Assembly: GCA_003389215.1 (NCBI GenBank)
Contig: QQVP01000011.1
Location: 72,315-136,314, forward strand
Reading direction: 5' to 3'
DNA: 64,000 bases
From: Planctomycetota bacterium
GTDB lineage: Bacteria; Planctomycetota; Planctomycetia; Pirellulales; UBA7805
The translations under genes and the position numbers were made by a program. The notes below the pieces were generated by a model, which saw only the letters and a program-made list of their open reading frames with translations, made no database searches and was not told the origin of the DNA. Shown piece by piece: positions 41,811 to 50,843 of the stretch. Position 1 is the first letter of the stretch. Each line of letters begins with the position of its first letter.

Positions 41811-42839
41811 TCAGGCCGCCAGGGCAAGGTTCATAAGTCGACCGATTTTCACATCAAGCTCGGTCCGGTCACCAGCAAAGCAGACCTTCTGAGATAGCTT
41901 TGTCAGTGCGTCAACGATCGAGAAGATCGTGAAGCCACCCTGCTGATGGGCAACGTCCAATGCCTCATCAACCAATCTGGCCGGGAGTCCTTCCGCGACG
42001 AGAGACTTCGCTGCATCGTCCTTATCGTCACCAAGTCGTTCGGTCATCGCTTTACGCATGACGGCGGCAAATGAATCTCGCCGCTCGTCCCTTTTTGCGA
42101 CAAGCGAGTCGATGATCGCACGGATGTCGTTCAGGCCCTCGTGAACATTGGCTGTATGCTTACGGCTGTAGTCCACGACTTCCGTCGCATCCCAAACAAT
42201 GTGGTTCTGACAAATTCGCTGGAACCAGAATGTCTGAATACCCAGCGAGCGCCGACCGACCTCACTGTTCCAGACGAACATACCCGGTGCAAATGCCTCT
42301 CCCTTGATTTCGACCCATCCCGAAGGGTCAATCAGAAAGGCAAACATGTCCTGCTCTCCACAGTAGAGACCAGTGTTCTGACCACCCATGGCGCGCTGTG
42401 GTGGACGAAAATCGCCGGCGCATTCACGAACAACATCGAGCAGTTCGCGATTCCACAGCCGCGTGTATGCCACGCCGTGGACAGAACGAATGTCATCGCC
42501 TGTGGTCAACACCTGCAATGGCCGACCGGAACGTGGAAGCGTCTCTTCCAGCACCATAGACGCGGTCTTGGTCGAGAGCCGATTCACGGTGTCTTTTCGA
42601 ACCCCTGCCATTCGGCAGATCTGCGAAAACGACCAGTCATTCAGCCGCCGCTCCGTTCCTTCATTGCTGTCACAGACGGTGAGGTCGTGCGTCACAACGA
42701 CACGGTCTGGCGGCTCCCAGAGCACTTCCGATTCACGCAACCGCTTGTCACAGTGCTGGTAAAGATCGTCGAATGTCTCGAAGCACTCGTCGGGCGTTCG
42801 AGTAAAGAGTTCACGGTGAGCCTTCGTCAACGTAGCCAT
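41811..42839 (-). CDS. DUF932-family (phage/plasmid-associated) protein
   Basis: I prefer the ATG at 42839 (MATLTKAHRELF…) over the 42968 start of the track. Family-typical segments by eye: GLYCGEQDMFAFLIDPS and FVWNSEVGRRSLGIQTFWFQRICQNHIVWDA. Confidence 0.7.
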   Translation of the reverse strand: MATLTKAHRELFTRTPDECFETFDDLYQHCDKRLRESEVLWEPPDRVVVTHDLTVCDSNEGTERRLNDWSFSQICRMAGVRKDTVNRLSTKTASMVLEETLPRSGRPLQVLTTGDDIRSVHGVAYTRLWNRELLDVVRECAGDFRPPQRAMGGQNTGLYCGEQDMFAFLIDPSGWVEIKGEAFAPGMFVWNSEVGRRSLGIQTFWFQRICQNHIVWDATEVVDYSRKHTANVHEGLNDIRAIIDSLVAKRDERRDSFAAVMRKAMTERLGDDKDDAAKSLVAEGLPARLVDEALDVAHQQGGFTIFSIVDALTKLSQKVCFAGDRTELDVKIGRLMNLALAA

Positions 42840-43353
42840 CAATGGGTCTCCTGCAAAAGGAACATCGAAACGCGATGATCCAGCCAACACGGCCGGGCCA
42901 CCGACCTTCCCGCAAGAAGGTCGACAACCCGGCAGGCGTTGCCGAGGCCACTGAATGGCGAAAACCATGTGAGACTACCGGCCCATTGACTCGGCGCCAC
43001 GCTGAGTCAACAGGCCGAAGATCCTCTACCCATTTCAGACTTGAGAGACCTGCAATTCCATTTCCGTAGCATACTGATCGGAAAAAGTAATCGTCTCAAA
43101 AGGTAAAATACGGGCATGGCCCTACACGGGGCACAAAGAACTGGTTCACAACCCGCCTTCAGGAAAGCTGGAGCCGACGAACCTGCTCGCAACCGGGCTG
43201 TTGTTTGCGGTCGCATCTCTGCGTCGAGGCCGATGCGTTGATTCAACCCACCCGACGAAACGGTTAGAATGTTCTCTACTCCCGGAGAGGCCGAAGGCTG
43301 CAGTCCCAGCGCCGTTTGAGAATCACAACTTTATTCTGGAGTGAGCTGCACTG

Positions 43354-43953
43354 ATGAGCGAAAGCGATCGCATACAGTTTGTGATAATTGGCTGGTGCAT
43401 CGTAGCCGTCTATTTGCTTGTTGTGTTTCGGAGGCATGTGATCTTTTGGCTATTTCAGGCCATGACGCTTCTCATTTTATTTAGCGGCATGATGTTTTGC
43501 ATAAGCGGCCTGTTCTCATCACGGCCAGCGTGGCTAGCGGAGATCGACAATGTCTTGGTAGTGCTACTTGAACCGCTTCCAAGAGCGGCAGGAGTTTTAG
43601 TCTTTGCGATGCTCATGTTTGGTGGCATCCCGCTGGCATTGCTCTTTCGTACAGGATGTTTCTGGCTCTTTCCCTGGCTGAGGCTCTTCGGACTCTCGCC
43701 TGAAGAACGTGACGCCATGCTGGCCAGTGGAGTACGATTGTCACGCCGTGGTTTTGACCCATCAGGCAAACGATTCCTTGTCCCCCACGCAATCGGACTT
43801 GGGACCTCCATCGTCGTAATTCTTCCTCTGCTGGTGCTGAGCATCAATGGCAACGAAACAGCGACTCGATTTCTCAAGATGGCCAGTGCAATCGCCTTGC
43901 TGCTCTTTTTCCTTGCGATCAGCGAAATTACTGGAAGAGGCGGTGACCGATGA
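43354..43953 (+). CDS. Multi-pass membrane protein, unknown function
   Basis: 199-aa ORF with several long hydrophobic stretches. Its stop overlaps the next start (ATGA). Confidence 0.6.
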   Translation: MSESDRIQFVIIGWCIVAVYLLVVFRRHVIFWLFQAMTLLILFSGMMFCISGLFSSRPAWLAEIDNVLVVLLEPLPRAAGVLVFAMLMFGGIPLALLFRTGCFWLFPWLRLFGLSPEERDAMLASGVRLSRRGFDPSGKRFLVPHAIGLGTSIVVILPLLVLSINGNETATRFLKMASAIALLLFFLAISEITGRGGDR

Positions 43954-44948
43954 GATTGCCTCGACCGCGAGGCAGCGCACGAACCGTGCCAGAAAGTGTC
44001 GTAGGAGTTCAACCTGCAGCGGTCGCTTACGACCGCCTGATACCTCAGTACAATTGGAGAGCACACGTGGATAAAACAGCTACTTCAGGAGATGACGCGG
44101 CGTTACCATTCTCCAGCACTTTCGCGGCGGCGACGAAGGGTATCCTTGTGGCTATTCTCGTAATCGCCGCCTTGTTTCCGTTAGCTGTGATGACTGAAAC
44201 ACCGGAAGGGGCGGATCCACTGGCATTCGTTGCAACTCGGGTATCTACCGACATCGGCCCCTCGCTAGGAATTGGCTCGGTCATCGCCATCGTCTGTCTG
44301 TGTGCGGCAACGGTTGGACGCCCGAAGCTCCTTGTATGGTATACCATTCTTGCAATCGCTTACTACGTGCTGGCGTGCGCAGCATTGCATGTACTCCACC
44401 CGGAGAACAAGCCGATAGCGTGGCCAATGAGTACCTATACTCTCACGTCGAGTGCGACTCTGATGCAGACCACGTTTTTCGTAATGAGTGCGGGATTCTT
44501 GGCCGTCGGGCTTCGACTGCACATTGCTGTTCCATCGTGGTGGAGTTTCGTCATATTGTCCGGCTTCGTCATTCCTGCCGTGGGTATCTATCTCGCAGGA
44601 GTCTATCCGATGGATGAGAAATTCCCGCCAGTGAGTATGTCTGGCCGACTTCACGGAATCGGGGGTTTTATGACATTTGGGTTGCTGACGTTCATGCCCC
44701 TCGTTGCCACGGGAATCCTCGGTCGCCGTCGACTTGGTTCCACCACATTCAAATTGAGTGTCGCGATTGCAGCCATCGCAGCAATGACGTCAGTGCTCTT
44801 GCTGGCCTTTGTTGCATCAGGATACGGAGGGCTTTTACAGCGAGTGTTCTTCGTAGCGCTGTTCGCGTGGATGGCAATCGTAGTTCTGAGTGTGAATCCA
44901 TACCATGAGAAGAGTGTAGCTGACAACGCTACTGCAAATGCCGCTTAG
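43950..44948 (+). CDS. Multi-pass membrane protein (DUF998-like by eye)
   Basis: 332-aa ORF with about 7 hydrophobic segments. The start is supported by the ATGA overlap with the upstream gene. Confidence 0.6.
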   Translation: MRLPRPRGSARTVPESVVGVQPAAVAYDRLIPQYNWRAHVDKTATSGDDAALPFSSTFAAATKGILVAILVIAALFPLAVMTETPEGADPLAFVATRVSTDIGPSLGIGSVIAIVCLCAATVGRPKLLVWYTILAIAYYVLACAALHVLHPENKPIAWPMSTYTLTSSATLMQTTFFVMSAGFLAVGLRLHIAVPSWWSFVILSGFVIPAVGIYLAGVYPMDEKFPPVSMSGRLHGIGGFMTFGLLTFMPLVATGILGRRRLGSTTFKLSVAIAAIAAMTSVLLLAFVASGYGGLLQRVFFVALFAWMAIVVLSVNPYHEKSVADNATANAA

Positions 44949-45831
44949 CTGCAAAGTAATTCAACGTCTGACTGGCGTGCAGACGATGAACCGTGGTGCC
45001 CTGTAGGTAGCCCGCAGTGCCAGCCTTTAACAAGACAAGAAGGATCTATCTGTGACAGCGGGCAAACCTGAACTGGAAGAAAGCTCTTTGCCAAATCCCG
45101 AACCAGTCGACGTCCCAGCAAATGCAGAACGGTCGTGGGTGGCACGACTTCGGAAGTGGGGGTGGGAGCGGCGATGGCCTTGCTACTATTGCTGTTTACG
45201 GGTCTTACCTAGGACCCGGTTGCGACGCGCGACCTTTTGCGAATCTATTCGCCACAAGGCGAAATGTTCCACGTTGATGGCATCAAGTTGTATGCAGTGA
45301 TTCGCAGCGAGAGAGAAGCAAACCAACCGCTGAAGGGTCGCCCATTGGAGCCTCAGGTGGCACGAAGACCAGGAGTGTCTTCGAGGGTTGTCACCGAACT
45401 CAAGAAAAATCGATACTGGTCGACATCATCAACTTCACCTCCGAAAGCCAGATCTGATTGTCAACGAGATCAAAGCGATGCTCGATCATTGACTAATTGC
45501 GACGCGCCTCATGCAAGTTGACTTGCTCGTTTCGGATCTGCGCATACTCCACCGCTTTTTTCATTTTCGCATCAATCGACTCCTGCCATGCCGACAACAG
45601 CGATTACAACAACCGACTGTGCCAAAAATCACAGAATCGGCAATGCGGTACTCAGCGCCGTGCTCGCTGTTTCCATCATTGTTGTGACGGTATGCTTGGC
45701 CATCATGACGGTGCTGCATTCGCTGTAAAAAACGCGGGCAACGAGCGGTGATGATGTGAGGCTGTCGGGCGACATGTAATGCTTGTGTCCATCTGCCACC
45801 CCCAAAAGCAGTCTGAGGCTCTGAACCTCTT

Positions 45832-48198
45832 CTACCTGATCTTTATTATCACCTTTTCGAGTTTTCCCTCGAACTTGAAGGGTGTCTGGTAGTCGTACGT
45901 AACCGGTGTGCCAGTATCGGTTCCGATGTCCTGGTTCTCGGACAGGGAGAACTTCATCGGTGTGGTCCGTTCAACCTTACCGTTGCCGACCTGCTTGCCG
46001 TCAACGGAAAGCATGATGGTACCGCCCTTGCCGACTTCACCTTGGCCGCCCTCGTAGGTGAACACCATCGTCAATTCATGATCGCCGGCCGTGACAACGT
46101 CGTCACTGACAGCAGTATAGCGCGCGATATCGAGATAATTGTGGGTCGCGGCCAACTTGCCATTGAGAAGATAGAACCCCCAACCGCCGGTATTGCCGCC
46201 CTGGGTGAGGATCATGCCATTGGCGCCGTCTTTCACTTTGACCTTGGCGGTGATGGAGAACGATTTGTTCTTGAGATCCGGCGCGGAAGCCTCGGGGAGT
46301 CCGACCAGCGGCACGGGATAAACATATTCCGAGCGTCCAGCAGCGAGGTTGGGCTTGCCCATCAGTTCGGAGCTGAATCGTTCGGAACCGCGCCAGTCGA
46401 GCGGTAACACCTGCTCTTTGGCCGCCGTCGCCCACCAAAGTTTCACCAGCTCATCCAGTTTTTCAGGATGTTCGTTGGCCAGGTTATTCGCCTGTGAGAA
46501 GTCCTCATCCAGGTTGTAGAGTTCCCATTCCGCTTTCAGCGGATCGAATTCGTTGCGAATCGGGTTCCACGGGTCGAACGACCGTGATCCGGCCCACCAA
46601 CCGTCCTTGTAGATGCCTCGGTTGACGAACATCTCAAAGTACTGACTAGTGCGGATTTCTTCGGCGTCCGCATCTTCCAAAACGCTCAAGAAGCTGCGGC
46701 CTTCGATCGGTTTCTGAGCCGTTCCATTGACGCTACGCGGCTCTTCGATGCCGGCGGCATCCAGGATTGTCGCAGCCACGTCGATTACGTGGGTGAACTG
46801 CGTGCGGACTTCGCCGCCTTGATCGTATTTCTCCGGCCAACTGACAATCATCGCGTTGCGTGTCCCACCCAGATGGCTAGCGACCTGTTTGACCCATTGA
46901 AAGGGCGTGTCCATCGCATGCGCCCAGGGGGCGGGGAAATGGTTGAAGTGTTTGCCGGTTCCGATTTCGTCAATGAACGGCATCATATCTTCGGTCTGCA
47001 TCTGAACGCCGTTGAAGAACGCGTTCTCGTTCAACGTGCCCGGGATGCCGCCTTCTGACGAAGATCCGTTGTCGCCGATGATGTAAACAATCATGGTGTT
47101 ATCGGCGTCGGGCAGCGTCTTCACGTAGTCCAGAACTCGACCGACCTGCTGATCAACATGCTCGCCGTAGGCAGCGAACACTTCCATCATACGCGCAGCC
47201 AATTTCTTTTCATTCGCGTTCAAGCTATCCCAGGCGGGTAGGTTGTCGTGACGTTTGGTCAGTTGCGCGTTTTCGGGAATCACGCCCATCTCTTTCTGAC
47301 GCGCGAAGGTTTCCTGACGGTATTTGTCCCAGCCACCGTCAAACCGCCCCTTATGCTTCTCGATCAGCTCTCTGGGAGCCTGGTGTGGCGAGTGCGTTGC
47401 AGCGGGCGCAAGGTACATCATCCAGGGTTTGTCGGGTTGAATAGCTTCGGATTGTTGCAGCCACTCGATCGACTTGTCGGCCAAGTCAACGCTCAAGTAG
47501 TAATCGTCACCGGTCTTTTGTCCCACCGGCGTCTGATTCTCGTACAGCCAAGGTCGGATTTGGTTGGTGTCGCCGGCCATAAAGCCGTAGAAGTAATCAA
47601 AGCCCAAATTGTTTGGCCAATGATCAAAGGGCCCCATCTCGCTGGTCTCGTAGGTTGGCGTGTTGTGGTTCTTGCCGATCCACGAGGTGATGTAGCCGTT
47701 CAAACGCATGATCTCAGCGAACGTTGCGGTGTCTTTGGGGATGATGCCGGTATAGCCGTCGTAGCCGGTGGCGACTTCGGTGATGTTGCCGCTGCCGGCG
47801 ATATGGTGGTTGCGTCCGGTCAACAACGCCGCCCTCGTGGAGGTGCATACGGCGGTGGTGTGGAAGCGAGTAAACAGGAATCCCTTCTTGGCCAGTTCTT
47901 CCATCTTAGGAGCAGGCACGCCGCCGCCTGATACCGAGAATTGTCCGAAGCCGACATCATCCAGCAGGACGACCAGGACGTTGGGAGCACCCTTGGGGGC
48001 GGCGACTTGTTTGGGAAACTGGGCGGGATCCGAATTCAGATAGGTCGTGCCCACATTTCCCCGGTATTTCTGTTCCGCGTACGGTAGTGAAACCTGTGGG
48101 GCAGTCACTCCGGGCCGTTCTTCCTGGGCGGAAGCGACTGCGCAGAATGTACTCAGAAGAAACGCCATTGCGGTAAACGTCCGTCGTATTGAATTCAT
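45832..48198 (-). CDS. Arylsulfatase (S1 formylglycine-dependent family), paralogue 1; atypical C-T-S-T-R active-site motif
   Basis: 788 aa. Signal peptide MNSIRRTFTAMAFLLSTFCAVASA. Motifs [29 protein letters not shown] and GKNHNTP, plus a C-terminal beta-rich domain. Confidence 0.9.
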   Translation of the reverse strand: MNSIRRTFTAMAFLLSTFCAVASAQEERPGVTAPQVSLPYAEQKYRGNVGTTYLNSDPAQFPKQVAAPKGAPNVLVVLLDDVGFGQFSVSGGGVPAPKMEELAKKGFLFTRFHTTAVCTSTRAALLTGRNHHIAGSGNITEVATGYDGYTGIIPKDTATFAEIMRLNGYITSWIGKNHNTPTYETSEMGPFDHWPNNLGFDYFYGFMAGDTNQIRPWLYENQTPVGQKTGDDYYLSVDLADKSIEWLQQSEAIQPDKPWMMYLAPAATHSPHQAPRELIEKHKGRFDGGWDKYRQETFARQKEMGVIPENAQLTKRHDNLPAWDSLNANEKKLAARMMEVFAAYGEHVDQQVGRVLDYVKTLPDADNTMIVYIIGDNGSSSEGGIPGTLNENAFFNGVQMQTEDMMPFIDEIGTGKHFNHFPAPWAHAMDTPFQWVKQVASHLGGTRNAMIVSWPEKYDQGGEVRTQFTHVIDVAATILDAAGIEEPRSVNGTAQKPIEGRSFLSVLEDADAEEIRTSQYFEMFVNRGIYKDGWWAGSRSFDPWNPIRNEFDPLKAEWELYNLDEDFSQANNLANEHPEKLDELVKLWWATAAKEQVLPLDWRGSERFSSELMGKPNLAAGRSEYVYPVPLVGLPEASAPDLKNKSFSITAKVKVKDGANGMILTQGGNTGGWGFYLLNGKLAATHNYLDIARYTAVSDDVVTAGDHELTMVFTYEGGQGEVGKGGTIMLSVDGKQVGNGKVERTTPMKFSLSENQDIGTDTGTPVTYDYQTPFKFEGKLEKVIIKIR

Positions 48199-48271
48199 CT
48201 CTTTTTATCTCCAGTGTTCTAGGGTAGCGCCTGAGTTCCGTTGACTCGTAGCTTGGTCGACGATTGATTTG

Positions 48272-50701
48272 TTATTTTTTTACAGGCTGAGTGGGAGCGA
48301 TGTTGAAGCGGACGTTATCAATCTCACCGGTGAATGCGAAGGGAGCCTGGTGGCGGTAGTCGTCACCGACCGGCGACCCGAGGTCCATGCCGACGTCCAT
48401 GGTTTCCGTAGCGGAGAAACGGCCGGGCACTGAATTCGCGACCGCTCCCTTGGCCACGGACTCGCCATTGATGAAGAGTTCCGCGTGGCCGCCGGTGGAC
48501 TCCACGAGAGGTTTGAATGGCAATTGCTGATAGTGCATTGCAACCTCCAACTCGCCTTGTGGCAGTGCGTCTTTGGATTCGAGGTGGTAGGCCTGCTTGC
48601 CGAAAAAGCGGTAGGTGTAGCGTAGTTTTCCATCTTTCACATAGAGTGAATAACCGCCACCGGCTCCGCCACAAGCCACGATGACGCCTTCGGTATCCGG
48701 TCCCGTGATGTTGATCTTGGCGGTGATTTTGTGCGAACGCTGATAGGTGGGCGGTGCACTTCCCTCTGGAACCCGCTTGGTGCCTCCGGAGTAATTGATC
48801 TCGGTGCGCCCTGCCACGACCGAGGGTCGGGGAATGATGCCTCGCTCTACAAAGCGATCGTCCAGCGGATAGACCTGGTATTTCTTGGCCTCGGTGTCAA
48901 AGAGAGCGACCAGCTCCTGGAGTTTTTCGGGGTGCGCTGCGGCCAGGTCGTTGGCTTGGGAGAAATCCTCTTCGACATTGTACAGTTCCCAGGTGTTGAA
49001 TTCTGGATCCGTGAAGCCGACCGAACCGGTGAGCTGCCACGGAGCGCCGTGAAAGTTCGCCGCCACCCAACCGTCGTGATAGATGGCACGGTGGCCTCCG
49101 GTCTCGAAGTATTGAGTGTTGTGCACTTCGGCGGCCTCCGTGGAAACGAAGGTCGACGCCAAATCGACGCCCGCCATTGGGATCTGCTCGATGCCGTCGA
49201 CGTGGGTCGGGGCGGGAACTCCCGCCGCATTCAGTATGGTGGGAACCACATCCACGACATGGCTGAATTGGTCGCGGATGCCTCCTTTGTCCGTGATGAC
49301 TTTGGGCCATGAAATCACCATGCCATTGCGAGTCCCGCCAAAATGGGAAGGCACGCGTTTCATCCACTGGAAGGGAGAGGAACCGGCCCATGCCCAGCCG
49401 ATGGAATAATGGTTTTCATGGAGCGGGCCTCCGAGTTCGTCGACCTTTGCCAACTGGGCCTCGACACTGTCCGGGATCCCGTTTTGGGTCATGATTTCGT
49501 TCAGAGTGCCCGTTGGGGTTCCTTCTGGGCTGGCACCGTTATCACCAGCGATGTAGATGATGAGGGTGTTGTCCGCATCCGGCAGCCCCTGCACGGCTTG
49601 GACGAATCGACCGAGTTCGTGGTCGGTGTGGGCGACAAAGCCGGCAAAGACTTCCATCTGTCGCGCATAGAGCCGCTTTTGGTCGTCGCTCAGGCTGTCC
49701 CAGGCTTCGATTTCTTTCGGGCGGGGCGTCAATTCGGTGTCTTGGGGCACGACGCCCAACTTCTTCTGCCGCTCGAGAGTTTCCTCGCGCAGCTTGTCCC
49801 AGCCCTGATCGAACTGTCCTTTGAACCTGTCGATCCACTCCTGGGGCGCGTGATGTGGTGCATGCATGGCGCCGGTCGCGAGATAAAGAAAATAGGGTTT
49901 GTCGGGCGCCACGGATTCATGCACCTCGACCCAGTCGATGGCGCGATCGACCAGATCGGTCGTCAGGTGATAACCTTCTTCAGGAGTCTTCTCGGGTTCC
50001 ACTGCGCTGTGGTTGTGATAGAGTTGCGGCTCCCATTGGCTGGTTGCCGCACCATTGAATCCGTAATAGTGCTCAAAGCCCCAGCCAGTTGGCCAGTGCT
50101 TGAAGGGGCCCACGGGATTGCTTTCCCAGTCAGGCGTGTTGTGGTTCTTTCCGAACATGGCCGTGCTGTAGCCATTTTCGCGCAGCGTGTGCGCGACGGT
50201 CACGGCGTTCTCCGGCAGCAAGCTGTTGTAACCGGGAAAGCCGGTGGACAGTTCAACGATCGTGCCGAAGCCCACCGAGTGGTGATTGCGGCCGGTGAGC
50301 AGAGCTGCCCGCGTTGGAGAGCACACCCCGACCGTGTGAAAGCGATTGTAGCGCAGACCGTCCTCGGCCAGACGATCAAGTCCTGGCGTTGGAGTGGGGC
50401 CGCCGAACGTGCCCGGTTGTCCGAACCCAAGATCATCAATCAGGATCAGGACAACATTGGGGGCGTCCTTGGGAGTTTGGATCCCCAGCGGAAAATCGGG
50501 AGTCGATTCCTTGTAGGTCTTGGCAATCGTGCCTTTGAATTCCGGGTCAGGCAGCGGAAGAGCCATCCGTTGTTCGGAGGTGCGGCGTTGCGTGGTGTCC
50601 TGAGAAGACTGGCCGTAGCACAGCGCGGTACCAAACAGAGCGAGCGGCAGTAGCATGTTCCGAGCTGTGATTGTGTGGCAAACGAGGAAAATTGTTTTCA
50701 T
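48272..50701 (-). CDS. Arylsulfatase, paralogue 2
   Basis: 809 aa with an N-terminal signal-like segment. Motifs [25 protein letters not shown] and [10 protein letters not shown]. Confidence 0.9.
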   Translation of the reverse strand: MKTIFLVCHTITARNMLLPLALFGTALCYGQSSQDTTQRRTSEQRMALPLPDPEFKGTIAKTYKESTPDFPLGIQTPKDAPNVVLILIDDLGFGQPGTFGGPTPTPGLDRLAEDGLRYNRFHTVGVCSPTRAALLTGRNHHSVGFGTIVELSTGFPGYNSLLPENAVTVAHTLRENGYSTAMFGKNHNTPDWESNPVGPFKHWPTGWGFEHYYGFNGAATSQWEPQLYHNHSAVEPEKTPEEGYHLTTDLVDRAIDWVEVHESVAPDKPYFLYLATGAMHAPHHAPQEWIDRFKGQFDQGWDKLREETLERQKKLGVVPQDTELTPRPKEIEAWDSLSDDQKRLYARQMEVFAGFVAHTDHELGRFVQAVQGLPDADNTLIIYIAGDNGASPEGTPTGTLNEIMTQNGIPDSVEAQLAKVDELGGPLHENHYSIGWAWAGSSPFQWMKRVPSHFGGTRNGMVISWPKVITDKGGIRDQFSHVVDVVPTILNAAGVPAPTHVDGIEQIPMAGVDLASTFVSTEAAEVHNTQYFETGGHRAIYHDGWVAANFHGAPWQLTGSVGFTDPEFNTWELYNVEEDFSQANDLAAAHPEKLQELVALFDTEAKKYQVYPLDDRFVERGIIPRPSVVAGRTEINYSGGTKRVPEGSAPPTYQRSHKITAKINITGPDTEGVIVACGGAGGGYSLYVKDGKLRYTYRFFGKQAYHLESKDALPQGELEVAMHYQQLPFKPLVESTGGHAELFINGESVAKGAVANSVPGRFSATETMDVGMDLGSPVGDDYRHQAPFAFTGEIDNVRFNIAPTQPVKK

Positions 50702-50843
50702 ATTGAATTCTTCAATTGGATGCTGGAGGTAGTACGCAATCGATCCGGCGATTGCAAAAAAGCGGCCCGAACGTATTCAATGCGAAAGGATGTTTGTGAG
50801 GAATGGTGCCGATCGAGTTGATAAACTCCGTCAAAGGTCCCAG

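Larger units (their letters stand above)
1..42968. mobile_element. Putative integrated plasmid / ICE-like element carrying a defence island (boundaries not determined; left end lies beyond the window)
   Basis: The same 43 kb holds a partition ATPase, a plasmid-type replication initiator, a tyrosine integrase, a DUF932-type gene and a dense defence cargo. No att repeats or flanking tRNA could be identified by eye. Confidence 0.45.

Noticed and set aside
42141-42878. ORF 42141..42878 (+, 245 aa)
   Set aside because: It is antisense to the DUF932-like gene, with a low-complexity translation.
45588-45728. Possible 46-aa single-TM ORF (MPTTAITTTDCAKNHRIGNAVLSAVLAVSIIVVTVCLAIMTVLHSL), plus broken-looking minus-strand reading frames in 45050-45560
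   Set aside because: It is too short and unsupported by any start context or homology I can recognise. The minus-strand fragments did not match any toxin/antitoxin signature.
39174-45831. Search for a tRNA gene or att direct repeats flanking the integrase and element end
   Set aside because: I found no T-loop-like GGTTCGAA(T/A)CC context with an acceptor stem on either strand, and no convincing long direct repeat by eye. This needs tRNAscan-SE and comparison with an empty site.
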